Source: Perkinsus olseni
Lineage: Eukaryota
Assembly (NCBI GenBank): GCA_013115125.1
Contig: JABANN010000260.1
Coordinates: forward strand, 1-46,304
DNA: 46,304 bases
Direction of reading: 5' to 3'
The position numbers were made by a program, and so were the translations under genes. Each line of letters begins with the position of its first letter. Position 1 is the first letter of the stretch. The notes below the pieces were generated by a model that ran no database searches, had not been told where the DNA came from, and saw only the letters and a program-made list of their open reading frames with translations. Shown piece by piece: positions 21,575-33,530 of the stretch.

Positions 21575-24500
21575 ATGCCGCCGCCTTTACCTGACCAATC
21601 GGTGGGTGGTTACGATGAATCGCTGGGTAATACTGCACTACAAGCATCCCTTGATGCCGACATGGAGCTTCTGCTTCCAAGACGGATAGAGTTCGTGAGG
21701 GCTAGGAAACAGGTCACGGCCAAGGTAATAACACGAGGGGGTGCCTTTCGCTGTGGTATTATCAAACAGCAATGATATCCAACTGCTGAGTGATTGGTAC
21801 TAAGGGCTATCGGGGGCCGTAGGGCTGGTGTTTGTAAGGCTCCTCGTTGGGATTAGCGAGCGCATGTCAGGGTCTCTCTGGTCTTGATAAGAAGGACAAT
21901 GCGCCGCAGAGGCCCAACAAATGGGTGTTCAAAGAGGGCGGATTGGACCAATATCATGGCTGGCGGACATCTAAATCGTAATTACGTTGGAATTAATACC
22001 CCATTATCACCTGCGATGGATGTATTTATCAGTTATGGTGCTGGTCTACGGAACCAGGGCAATACCTGCTACCTCAACTCAACCCTTCAATGCCTCTCCT
22101 ACGTTAGCGCCTTCGCCCAAGCCAGTGAAGCCAAGGTCCATGAAAGGACGTGTGCTAGGAAGCGGGCGGTAATAGTCATCCTCTACGTATTGGATACAGC
22201 CTTACTTCAGGGTGTATGGTGTGGACTGTGTAACCTTTCTAGCCTTATCTGTCGAATACATCAGAGTCACGGTGGACACATATCCCCAACAGAGGTTATC
22301 ATCGAGCGTGGGAGAGGTTGTATCAGGATGCATCGGAGCCTCTGTCAGATTCTACGCTACTTAAACCTCTTCTTTGCTCGATTCCGTCCGGGTCGGCAAG
22401 AGGATGCACATGATGCCTTGAGACAGCTGATTGATACTTGTATCAGGAGTGAGGCTCTTCCTCCTAAGATATCATCATCGGCTCAGAATAGGAAGGTATC
22501 TGCTCAACCCGCCATGGAGTGCTCATTCGTGTCATTAGGCTCCTTTTGTAAACCCACTGGTGTCGCAGACTACCATGCTTGGACAGATGTTCGGGTATCA
22601 CACCGCTCAACGTATACAATGTGGCAACTGCGGCCACGTTTCCAGCACCTTTCATTTTGACATGGACATAAGCCTATCCATCAATGTACTGCATCACTCG
22701 CGCTACTCTCGCCGTGATTCACTGCTTCAGAGATGTCGTACCATAGATGAGTGCCTTACACGTTATTTCGCCCCGGAAATATTCAAAGGTAGTAGCAGTA
22801 GTAGGGCTGCAGTTCTGCCATGCTCGATCCATTCATACCGGGGTTATCCTATGTTAGAACAAAATGCTTATAAGTGTGCTAAGTGTAAACGTACTGTGAC
22901 TGCTAAGAAGACCACAGCCTTGTATGATGCACCTATGAACCTTACACTCAGTCTAAAGCGTTACGGATATGGACGCTTTGGCGGTCGTCGACAGAAGGTA
23001 GTAGGATGGCCTTCCGTCCACGGGAGATAAACGCATTTATGGTGCTGCAGGATGGCCATTATGTAAAGTACGAGAAGGAGCTCGACCTCTCCAAGTTCAT
23101 TGCTGATAGTAGCCATTCCAGTAGTGCCGCCGCCCCAAGCAAATATACTCTGTAAGGGGAGCATAGGAGTAGTCGCCCACGGGAGGTGCTATGGTGCTCA
23201 GGTCTGGGGTCTTGGTTCACTCGGGTGCCACCCCTCAATTGGGGCATTACTACGCTTTCGTTCGGAACCCTGCTGGATTCTGGTACTGCTGTGATGATGA
23301 GTCCGTTACCCCGGTAAGGCTCGACGTACCACCTCTTCCGTTATTAGCTCATTCTCAGGCTAAGGAGCACACTGTCCTGTCACAGCAGGCATACATATTG
23401 TTCTATGAGAGGAAGCGGTCGAAGAAGGATACTAAGAACCATCCTCTGAATGTAAAGCGCCGCTACGGGACCTGCTCTACTTCAGCATGCTTGCGAGATA
23501 GTGTTGGAAGTGCCCCTCGCAGGTTGAGGCGGAGCATAAGCCAGCAGTGCCAGAGAAGGCTCAGAAGAAGGACAGAAAATCCGTTCCTAGCCCTCTGCAC
23601 CATCAGTCCTTGTTCTACAACTCCCTTGCCTCGGCCCCTGACACTCCTTCTACGACTGCGTCTAGAGGAGAGCCTCTTGAGAACCAGGGTGCCACCACGG
23701 AATCTACACCTTCCACTACGTCACGAACAAGCGCTGGAGAGGTAGTACAAGGGGCAGGTTAGGCTGGGCGCTGCTCGTAGTTCCTTGGTGTCCCTTCCCA
23801 GGCTCCAACAGCTGTCTGCAACAAACGGGCTGCAGCGACTGCTGAGGAGAAGTCTCCGAAGAAGGCACGAGTGTCTGAGGAAAAGGCTGACGAATGTACG
23901 CAGCCATTACATCTCAAAGCTGCTGCCAGACAGTTTTATTTTGGTAGTGCCCCCAGCTGGTGGACTGCAAGAAGCTGTAGTAGTCCGTCTACACCCCCCG
24001 AAGTTCGCTGATGGTGACGAGAGGAGCGTTGGCTGTGATGACGAGGAGGAGGATGGTGATGATCGGGCACCCAAGGATGCTACTAGTGACTCCGCACAGG
24101 AGGCCGCAGCACAGGAGCCTGTCGTGCTGGCCGAGGTAGAACTATTATCCATGCCAAAGTTGACGGTTGTCGGGTATGGTAGGTTGTACGACCAGCATCC
24201 TCTGGTACCTCTGCCACTATCAAGGCAAAGGAGCGAGCTTCCCTTGCAAGGAGTGTTCGCTCTCAATACGGTGCCAACAAGGTTAGTAAACGCTATCATA
24301 TGGACGCATAGTGAATACGCACTCTCGTCAGATATCTTCCTGGGATAGTGATGATGATGAGGAGGAGAGTGAAGAGGGTATCGATAAGGATAAGACAGAG
24401 CAGGCTAGGAAGGAGGCTATGATGCAAGCCCAAAGGAAACTACAACCTAAGATAGCCATGAGAGACTCCCATGATAGAGAATACGACAAGGGGAAGAATA

Positions 24501-24718
24501 GACACAAGGTTCGTCAGCATGTCGAGTCCAAGGTGAGTCTGCGTGCAGCCTTCCCGCAATCCTTTCATGCAGCTGCTTTCCTATTGTCTCAGACTAACGA
24601 CTTCGCTGCGGCATATAGGCGTGCGAAGGCAGGGCTTCACGGACCAAGGAACAAGCAGCAGATGATGAGGGATAAAAGACTTCGCCATCGTTGTCATCGG
24701 AAAGGAAAGGCCACCTAG
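21575..24718 (+). CDS. Ubiquitin-specific protease (peptidase C19), USP36/USP42/UBP23-like; multi-exon
   Basis: Cys box 'GLRNQGNTCYLNSTLQCL', 'GRQEDAHD', His box 'VHSGATPQLGHYYAFV...DDESV', 'AYILFY'; N-terminal 'RRIEF' and C-terminal 'SSWD...DREYDKGK' plus a basic tail typical of the nucleolar USP36 group. Confidence 0.92.
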
Positions 24719-25329
24719 AGCATCAGCATCAGCAGCTGATAACGACCAGTCTTTGGCTCAAGTCTAGTTGAACAATATCCTCTCCCGTTTTCCTGTTCTT
24801 GTTCTTGTTCTTCTTCTTGTTGTCGATTGATACGGTCTCTCAAGTTATCATATACTACTACTCAGCGTAGTAGTGGTAGTAACTACTGTCTCATATTCCA
24901 TCAATCACGTCCCTTCACGTCCATACCACTACCAACGTACTCCTTATAATTACTATTACTCACCGCTTGCGTCACCTGTCGTGTTCCATGGTTAATTCCC
25001 TACAGTAGCGTTATAGCGAGCATGTGGGGATTGGCTACTCCTGCTCAGTTGATATGCATCATCATAGCCTCCGATCCTGAGCTCCCTCAATGTCCAGCAT
25101 TCTATCATGTCTAACATGCTGTTGTTGCTGCTGTTGGTGAGTTGGTCACTGCTATGCTCAGCATAAGTCCATCATCGCTGTGGTGGTGGCCCTCTCAGTC
25201 CCACCTCTCGGCATAAAGAAGTCCTCCCGTGTCGGACACCAGTGTATACCACGGCAGCATGTGTATTCACTTCACGTAGGTTCAGTGATATCCAGCACCT
25301 TATCTTGATGAGAGCTAGTCGAGTGTTCG

Positions 25330-26909
25330 ATGTCATGTTGTGATTCTGTTGCTGGCAACATTGTCGTTCCATTCTCAGTTGGTTTCGTCCTAGCCTTCAC
25401 AGCCCTCTACTTGGGTGATTGGTACACATGCTCATGGAAGGAGCTCAACTTGGGTACCTGGACGGGTGGGGAAAAGGGTCCAACGCTCTCTTCTCACGAC
25501 TTGTGCCTACTCGACTAGGTAAGGTTGTGCTCCAGTTTGGGTTGAGCGGCATGAAGCTGCTGGGTAATGAGGATGCGGTGAAGAGGTATCCGTCCATAAG
25601 AATTGCGAGGGAATGCCAGGAGATGGTACGCCATGCTTGTAGCCACAGTCTCGTAAGCTGTATGCAGGTGGGGGGTCTTGTCGCCGACCAGTCGAAGGCA
25701 GTCTCAGAATCGGACTGCCAAGTTGCTGATGCCGTATTAGTCACTACCGCTGCCACTGGAACGGTGAGTATCACACCTACTCGTACTCCCGAACAGCTTG
25801 TTCAGCACCGCTGTTTGCTCTCCTCAAGTCAACAGGTATGGTTTCCTTATCAGATCTTCGTCATCCTTACCACCATTATTTCCCTCTGCACTGCAGCCAC
25901 CTTTATAGTCACGGGAACGTCTAGATTCGGGTAAAGAGGAGAAGTAGCAACAGTCGGCCTCCGTCCACTACTGTTCATCGCCGCATAGTTACCGTAGACG
26001 ACTAAGTGCGATGACCCTCGAGCCCAATAGAGCCGACAAGGCTATGTTCTCCGTTAAATGGGTCACCGGCTTCGTAGCACTCTTCATTATTCTCACCTTC
26101 GTAAGTTAGTTCATACGCAAAAGCATACGCTATTCACTACCTCGTCATGTACAGGGATCTCTTATAGCGCTTTTCCCGGCAGCACTCTTCAAGGAGCACG
26201 TTTGTCCAGTGGCAGAGCATGTAGGCCTACTATCACCTAGCGTGCTAGTCGCCTACCCTGCTGCTCGCTGGTAGGTTTTGCCTTCCGTGGTCAACGATGA
26301 CACCTCCCTTGGTACCTCTGGAATAGGTGCTCTGGGCGAAGGGAGGGAGGCATCCCATCATACCGGTGCTAGGTCAGTGCTGTTCTCAGGGTATCTTCTA
26401 GGGTAGTCCAACTGCCCTCTCAGTGCCTACCTGGCCTTGATAGCCTGCTTCTTTTTCCTTCTATCGTCGGTCTTCATTCTTTCTCGGATGTCTATTGTGG
26501 CATGGTACGTGCTTCTGCTGCTTCTGCTGTCCCCTTCATTCTGCGCCACATAGGTGTATGGAGCTATGTGGTGAGGTTGAATTCGGGATGGAGTACGAGA
26601 GTGAGGAGGAGCAGAATGCCTTCGATGATGGAGGCAATGGATCGGTAGGCATCACCAACAATGCCCTACCCCACACATCTTCCTCACTATCCTAGATTGA
26701 TTCACTCAAGGAGAGGGAGGAGGGAAGGGGGCCTGTAGATGCGGGAGGGCATGGTCCTGGTGGACGACGCGCCCGACTCGAAAGTATCGTAGTCTATGAT
26801 CCAGCTGGCATGAAGTCAAGTGAGTCAATGCGTCGGCTGGTTTTACTCTGGTTCTCCTTCTCTATCAGATGCTGGTCATGATTTCGAGAGTATCAGTAGT
26901 AATGGCTAG
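25330..26909 (+). CDS. Four-transmembrane protein with claudin/PMP22-like signature; multi-exon
   Basis: Spliced frame: TM1 'VVPFSVGFVLAFTALYLGDWY', loop with 'FGL' and two Cys (ECQ, DCQ), TM2 'IFVILTTIISLCTAATFIV', TM3 'WVTGFVALFIILTFGSLIALF', TM4 'GASAYLALIACFFFLLSSVFIL', acidic tail; stop TAG 26907-26909. Confidence 0.75.
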
Positions 26910-27106
26910 TTGCCGCAGTACTCGAGGCTACCGTCCAACCGATGCAGCATCGTGGGAGTGTATCATGGTCGTTGTTTTGCATAATGGGACTCCACTATAT
27001 GCCATAACATCTGTTATTGATGTTGCTAGAACACGAAATAGGGCGGTTTGCGTTACTAGTTTGAGGAACTGTTTGACTGGCTCGATTCCAGTGTAGTGGT
27101 GGTGTA

Positions 27107-28156
27107 ATGTTATTCCAAGCTCACTACGGCCTAGCTCCTGAAGGAGGTACCGCTGATAATATCACCATGCCACCGGGCAGTTACTTCTCCAACCACTGTG
27201 AGCCTCCCCACAGTGATGTGTGAGAGGTCGTATCCGCTTGCTTGCGAGGTTCCTGCGCTGTCCTCGCCGACTTCATCCGAGAGAAAGCGTTGAAGGAAAT
27301 CGACTCCTCGATACAGAGTAGGATTGTTGAGGAGAGGACTGAAAGGGGAAGACTGAGAAGGCTGGAAGAGCAGTACAATGGCAGGGTATCATGATGCATT
27401 CGAGTGGCCACACGGAATACTGCTGATAGGTTGAACAACTCGAGAGGCAATTGGAGACATTGCAGAGGCGACGAGAGGCGAAGGAGAAGAAAAAAATGAA
27501 GGAGAGGGAGGTGATGATGGAGTAAGAGGATCAACGGGGCCTGATGAAGCGCATTGCAGGCTAAAGAGGGCGACCCCGCTGAAGGAACAGATACGCGCAG
27601 CCAACAGGAGAGGGACTGTGAGGCCTCTTTAGAAGGGGCGAAGCAGATCATCATCCTAGCGCAGCAGGAATACGAATGTCGAGAAGAGGTGGTCCACCGT
27701 TAATTACACGATGGCTTCTGGGCCTCGGTGGCCGGCGGTCGATTAAGGTGTTAGGTGTTGCAGAAACTGGCAATGTATGAGGAGAAGTTGAAGGTGGTTG
27801 AGAGCATTGAATTGACGCTCAATCCTGCCGTCGGCGGAGGAACAGGTCGATCGATTGATCTCTATGCCGACCCTCTGAGAGTGGCCGCTGCTGTGGTGGG
27901 GCTGTTGAGTACTTGCAACTGTCCCCTGCAGGCTTTGTAGATACCCCCTCGTAGTGAGGTCTCAGTTATTGGAAAGCCACGTGCTCTTATCGACGACGAA
28001 GGGGAGAACCCTGCCGCAGCTCCGGATGAGCCTTTCTCCCTAGTCTGTTCGCACTGTCTTATGCCCTCCAGTGGAGGTGCTGCCTATCAGGTACTCCCGA
28101 CCCCTGTGATCGAAAGAGACGAGAGAGTTAGAACTGCCCTCAAGACCTGCACGTGA
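27107..28156 (+). CDS. Hypothetical protein with central coiled coil; multi-exon
   Basis: Spliced frame 'MLFQAHYG...FSNHCSCAVLADFIREK...VEQLERQLETLQRRREAKEKKK...IDLYADPLR...IPPRSEVSVI...KTCT*' with GT-AG junctions; some junctions uncertain. Confidence 0.65.
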
Positions 28157-28286
28157 TGATGATGATCGCCATGTTACTTGAATAGCGTGTCTAGCGACGT
28201 ATCATTCGGCCAGCGTAGCCCTTTCGTTATCGAGTATTGAACGTGAAAGTATATTAACCTCGCAGTGGTGGGGGTCTTTCTCGGGG

Positions 28287-31200
28287 ATGATGTCCAAACA
28301 CTACCGTGATGACGAGAGGGGAGAAGTGGCGGCCAGAATACGCGAGCGCTGCCTCTTTGAAGCAGGCAGTGCTGGCTCCTTCCGGGGGATGCTAGCTGGC
28401 TGCGAGGAGGACTTTGATGCCTTCCTGGAGATGTACAGGCACAGAGTCACTGTAGGGTACATATCTCAGTAGTCACTGGATGCGTACCACCCATTCATCC
28501 TAGCAGCAGGTGCCGAGGTCGCACAGCGACAGCGGTAGTCATGAGAGCTCATCCTTCGAGAGGAAGTATACTATCAATTTCTCAATACCGGTAAGACCGT
28601 AGCACATGGCCACCCTGATGGACGTTACGTGTAGATGCTGCAAAGGGGTCGCCACCACTCCTCTCGAGATGAGGTCTTCGAGGATGCAATGCGCTTTTAC
28701 ACGGATATGAGACTGAAGCAGAGTAACCAGAAGTTGAGGAAGTTAATGAGCTCGCGTGCTGCTCTGCCTATCGCGAAGCATCGGGAGCAGATAGTAAGGC
28801 CACCGCAACACTCTGAAAGGGCATCACATCCCGTTCAGTTGGCGGCCATGGAATCTAGTCGGATCGTCCTCATAGCGGGAGACACTGGGTGCGGCAAGTC
28901 CACACAAGTGCCTCAGTAGGAGCTATTCATCCCAGCCTGCATACGAACCATCCTTTCAATAGCTACTTGCTAGAGGCCGATCGAGATGCTTCCATCATAT
29001 GTGAGGATGATGCTTCCTCCTCTTGCTCTGGCAGTGGTGCTTCTTCAGGTACGCAGCCTCGACGTCTTGCTGCGATGTCATTGTGTCGGAGAGTACAGAC
29101 AGAGCAGCTTCAGGCCTGGGGTACTGCGCCACGTATCCATACTCTTCATCCGATTATCATCTGCAGGCAGTCGAGTCGCCTACCAAATGCGCTTCGACAA
29201 CACCAGGACTCGCCACACTAGGATACTATTCGTGAGCTTCCCTTAGTGCTCTCAGTAGTACCGACCGAACACTACAGGTGACCGAAGGCTTGTTGCTGAG
29301 GCTGCTGGAGTCCGATGGTGAGCTCTCCGACTTCAACGTTTTACTCTTGGATGAAGTAAGTCTTTCCTCGTCCACATCATATTCATGATGGCCATGGTAA
29401 GGTGCATGAGCGGCATGCTCCCATGGATGTGATACTAACTTACATACCGGAGTTGTTGCAAAGGAGAAGTGATCTCAAGATCGTAGCCCGACCACTGCTA
29501 TCATAGGCTTCTATCGTGTACGCCTGGTCAGATACTGATGAGTGCTACCTTCGATACGGAGCACTTCCGCGATCTGTTCAATCTCTCGGAGTCGGCAGTG
29601 ATCTCTGTCTGTGGAAGGAGCTATCCCGTTACTACAGAGTAATCGCAACCTCATCCCTTGCTGTTGAAGGCTACTGTCATTTATCAGATACATTCGAATG
29701 AGAGGAGAGCCTCCACCACAGGCTGCTGCTAACATGCATCGTGCCATTCCGGCCTCCCGTCGACGGAGGAAGGGGGACGATGGACCAAGCAATGCCAAGG
29801 AAGCCGTCCTCGGTACGCGTGTATCGTATACTGGTCTACTGCGGATTCGTTGCTGATACTATCGTGTAGATTGTGGGCCATACCTAGCGTTGTTAAAGAA
29901 GATCCATGCGAGTGCACCCAAGCATCAGAGTGGTGATGCATTGGTATTCCTGAGTGGCGCGCAAGAGATCGAATGCCTCTGTAACGCTATACGAGATGAT
30001 ACCGAAGTCTCTCGTACATGGATACCTGTAATGTTGAAGACCCACTACGCCTTTCAGTGCAACCATGCCTTGCTTGATAGTTACCCTTGCATGCTCAACT
30101 GCCGGTTGAGGAGCAGGACAAGGCGTTCGATATCGCCCCTCGGGGTGAGCTATTATCAGCATTACATCATGGTATCGTCGGAGTACAGTCGCTGTATTCT
30201 TAAGGTATGCGAAAATGTGTCATTGCAACCAATGTGGCAGAGACGAGTATCACAATAGATGGTATACGGTTTGTGATAGACAGTGGTAAAGTTAAGGAGA
30301 TGAGCATAGACGCAGGGAGCAGCACCAGACGACTGGCAGAGCAATGGATATCACAGGCTAGTGCTGATCAAAGGAATGGAAGAGCTGGACGAACAGGTCC
30401 TGGACAGTGCTATAGAATGTAAGCCTGTGTGTGGATGTCGCCGATACCACAACCATCTGTAGGTATTCGGAGGAACTCTGCCGTCACATGATGGGTTATA
30501 CCCGTCCGGAGGTCCGCGGGAAGGCGTGGCCGTGACGGCCGCCACTAGCGTTATCCTCTCGCTACACTGCTGTTTAGATAACTCGTAATTTCCACTCCCT
30601 CGTCCACAGCCTCTTGCAGCTACTAGCCTTGGATGTGGATGTATCACCAAGGGATGGATTCCGATTCCCGACGGGTATCCTCCTCCCCTCCCCCTCCTAC
30701 TCGTCACTATCACCAGTTCGTTAGATATACCAGAGGATACACTCAGGCTGGCTCGTAACTACCTTTGCTTAGCCAGAGCAGCTACTAGGACTAGCACCTA
30801 CTCGACTACACTACGTCTCACACCAACAGGAAGAGTAAGACTCGGACCAGGCGAGAGGCGCCTCTCGTCACCCCACCAGGTGCTCTCTCGACTACCGGTA
30901 TCGATATCTGTGGGCAATATGCTCTTAATGTCCATGGTAACACTGAATGGTGCAGCTTTGGACTAGCTGGCTCATGGGAATCCGGCAGATTCTCGGCACG
31001 ACAGCTATGCGGGTTGCTACGATCATCGCTGCCTCCCTCAACTTCCATTCACCATTCCGGTATGGCGAATACAGCAGCGATGATAGCGCGGACCTACTCA
31101 GTGACAGCGGTGATCTCTTCACCTGCTATAATGTGTACTCCCAATTGCCCGTGTTGTTGGAGGCCTGATGACTCTGATGCCTATCAGATACACCGCCTGG

Positions 31201-33488
31201 TTGAAGCGACGAGTGCAGAGCAGAGAGGGAGCCAGGCGTTGGGCACGGGAAAGGGGCATTGACGAGTCTAAGATGTACAAGGCTCATCTCTCATATAACT
31301 GCGTCAAGGGGTGCAGGTACGAAATGAGTAAATCAGCCCAACAGCTACAGGGCCAGTTGAGAGAGGGAAGGGGAGGGAGATCAGCTGCTACAGGTTGGTA
31401 GTCCCCCCAGTGTGTAGGGAACGTGGAGTGATCAGATACGCAGAAGAAGATGCAAGTGGATGCCATGGCGCTCCTAGAAGGCCGACACGAGGGGGACAGT
31501 AGTGAGGAGGGCGCCGCCACCACCGACCCGGCTGCTGATAGAGATAAACAGGTCATTTTGAGCTGTTCGATGCGAGTCTGGATCGATATCTGCTCAGAGA
31601 TTGCGATCAGAGTTGGCTAAGCTGAAGGCCCAACAACTTCATAGAGGCCGGAAGATACTCGATGTTGATATGATTACGGGTGGCAAGGAAGAAATAGAAA
31701 AGGTAAAGGCTAGTCTAGAGATTCCGCAGACGATCCTGAATTGTCTCAGTTCTCTGGAGTTGAAGAAGATTCCGATGACGATGTAGACAGCGACGACAGC
31801 TGTGGTGGTAGGAGGCGTTTCACTGGCCATCAACCGGTCAGACACTACCGTTCTCCTTGCACGTATTACGTACCACGAACTTCACTTCAGGCTCGGAAAG
31901 CTCGTAAACTGCGGGCCTCTGATGTGGGGGAACGGAGCCTTAGACTGAGGCAGCTCGATATTGAATTTGACTTACGCTTGGCCGATGGTGGCAGCGCTGG
32001 TGGAGAGAGGTAGGCTTGTGAAGTTGTTGTTCGACTTCGCTCCTCTGTCCTGGGGTCGGACCTCCTTCAACAACCGTAGGTTATTTGGTATAGCCGATCA
32101 GCTATCCTCGTCCAAGATGCGCCTCTTAGCGATGTGCATCGGTAAGGCCCTCTATCCTAATATTGCATACCCAGCTAGGAGTAACAGGACCGAAGGGACA
32201 GCCAAAGACTGTGAGGAGGAGGGCCTGCTGCTGCTCATCTATCTCACTCCATCACTCCATCTGCTGGATTTAGCTCCCTCATCCTCCCTGTTGGCTCAGG
32301 TCTATTCACAGTACTGGCTGGGAGTTTGACGGCGGATAGGTATGCAAGCATACATCCACAGAGTGTCCTCTATCCCATCGCTAACGAGATATCACCACAA
32401 ACGGAGTGTCTAGGCTTCTCGTCTTTACTACTAACGTGAGCCTCGCTGCAAGGGTGTCGATACGATCTGCTTGGACGTCCTTCACGGACCATCACTCACG
32501 GACCATCACTCACGGTTCATGCTTCCTCGAGGTACCGTCCTTTCGTTGTTCATTGTATCCGTCTACCGTTATTATCTACCCTGCTCTTCGCAGCAGCTGA
32601 TGTCAATACCAACTCTCATAGCGATGCTCTAGTCATTGATCAGCGGGTCTATATTACCACTCGAGGATCGATCGAGAAGCTGCTATGTACCGTAACCCGC
32701 CACTATCGGAGTATACCAGCTGCTATTCAGGCACAGCTATAGTCATACGCAAGTGGTTGGAGGGCAGAACAGATCTAGAGATTGCAGCATTGTTCGAAGC
32801 CTTCGACTGGGGTGACTCGGCTGTATCACCGGACCATGGCGATCCAGACAATCAGCCTAGTAGTGAAGTTCGGCTACCAGCTGCGTTACGTCGGGCTCAA
32901 GAAGACAGCCGGCACCCCGGAGAGATGGAGGAGCTCCAGTCCCGCATGCTGGAACTGCAGGACATGGCTGCTGCTGCCGTTGAATTCTCTTGGCAGATAA
33001 TTAGTGAGGGGGATGCCGGTATCTTGACATCTTCTCTGCAAGGGGAAAGAGTAGCACCATGGCTCACTTGGGGCAATGTCGACGACACTGACATTGACGT
33101 TACTTCGGGACAGGTTTCGGACTCCTTGAGAGTAAGCTACTACCAAGTGCTGCGAGGATGGATAACCTTCAAAATATGCCAGGTTAATTGGCGATGCCCT
33201 GATTGTGGGTTTGAGGGCCGACTTAACAGGAAAGAGATCAGCGACCACAAGCGGCGTTTGTGTAGCAGCATAGGATCTCAAGGAGTGGAGGGTGATAACG
33301 ACGCTGCGAGGCCCTCATCAATGTTATCGCATCAAGGTGCGTCATCAGATCTTCCAAGCGACATGATGGAGTCAGGGGTGGCTGACGAGGCTGACGATAA
33401 TGCTAAGTGCGAGGACTGCGGCCTTGACCTCTCCACGATGAATACAATGGAGATCCTCGAACATCAGAGGTCTCACGGACGTGCTTGA
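28287..33488 (+). CDS. DHX34: DEAH-box RNA helicase DHX34; multi-exon
   Basis: 'ALPIAKHR', motif I '[14 protein letters not shown]', 'TQPRRLAA', 'DEVHER', 'MSAT', '[13 protein letters not shown]', '[12 protein letters not shown]', OB-fold 'IHPQSV...[12 protein letters not shown]', and the C-terminal finger '[23 protein letters not shown]' characteristic of DHX34. Confidence 0.9.
32482..32515. repeat. 14-bp tandem duplication (TCACGGACCATCAC x2.4) inside a DHX34 intron
   Basis: Directly visible; lies within intron 32436-32531, so the reading frame is unaffected. Confidence 0.85.
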
Positions 33489-33530
33489 CCTTCATCAACT
33501 GTTCCGTACCATCAACTTGAAAGGTTTCTC

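Noticed and set aside
32482-32515. 14-bp duplication as a possible frameshift inactivating DHX34
   Set aside because: It falls inside intron 32436-32531; the flanking exons join in frame ([13 protein letters not shown]).
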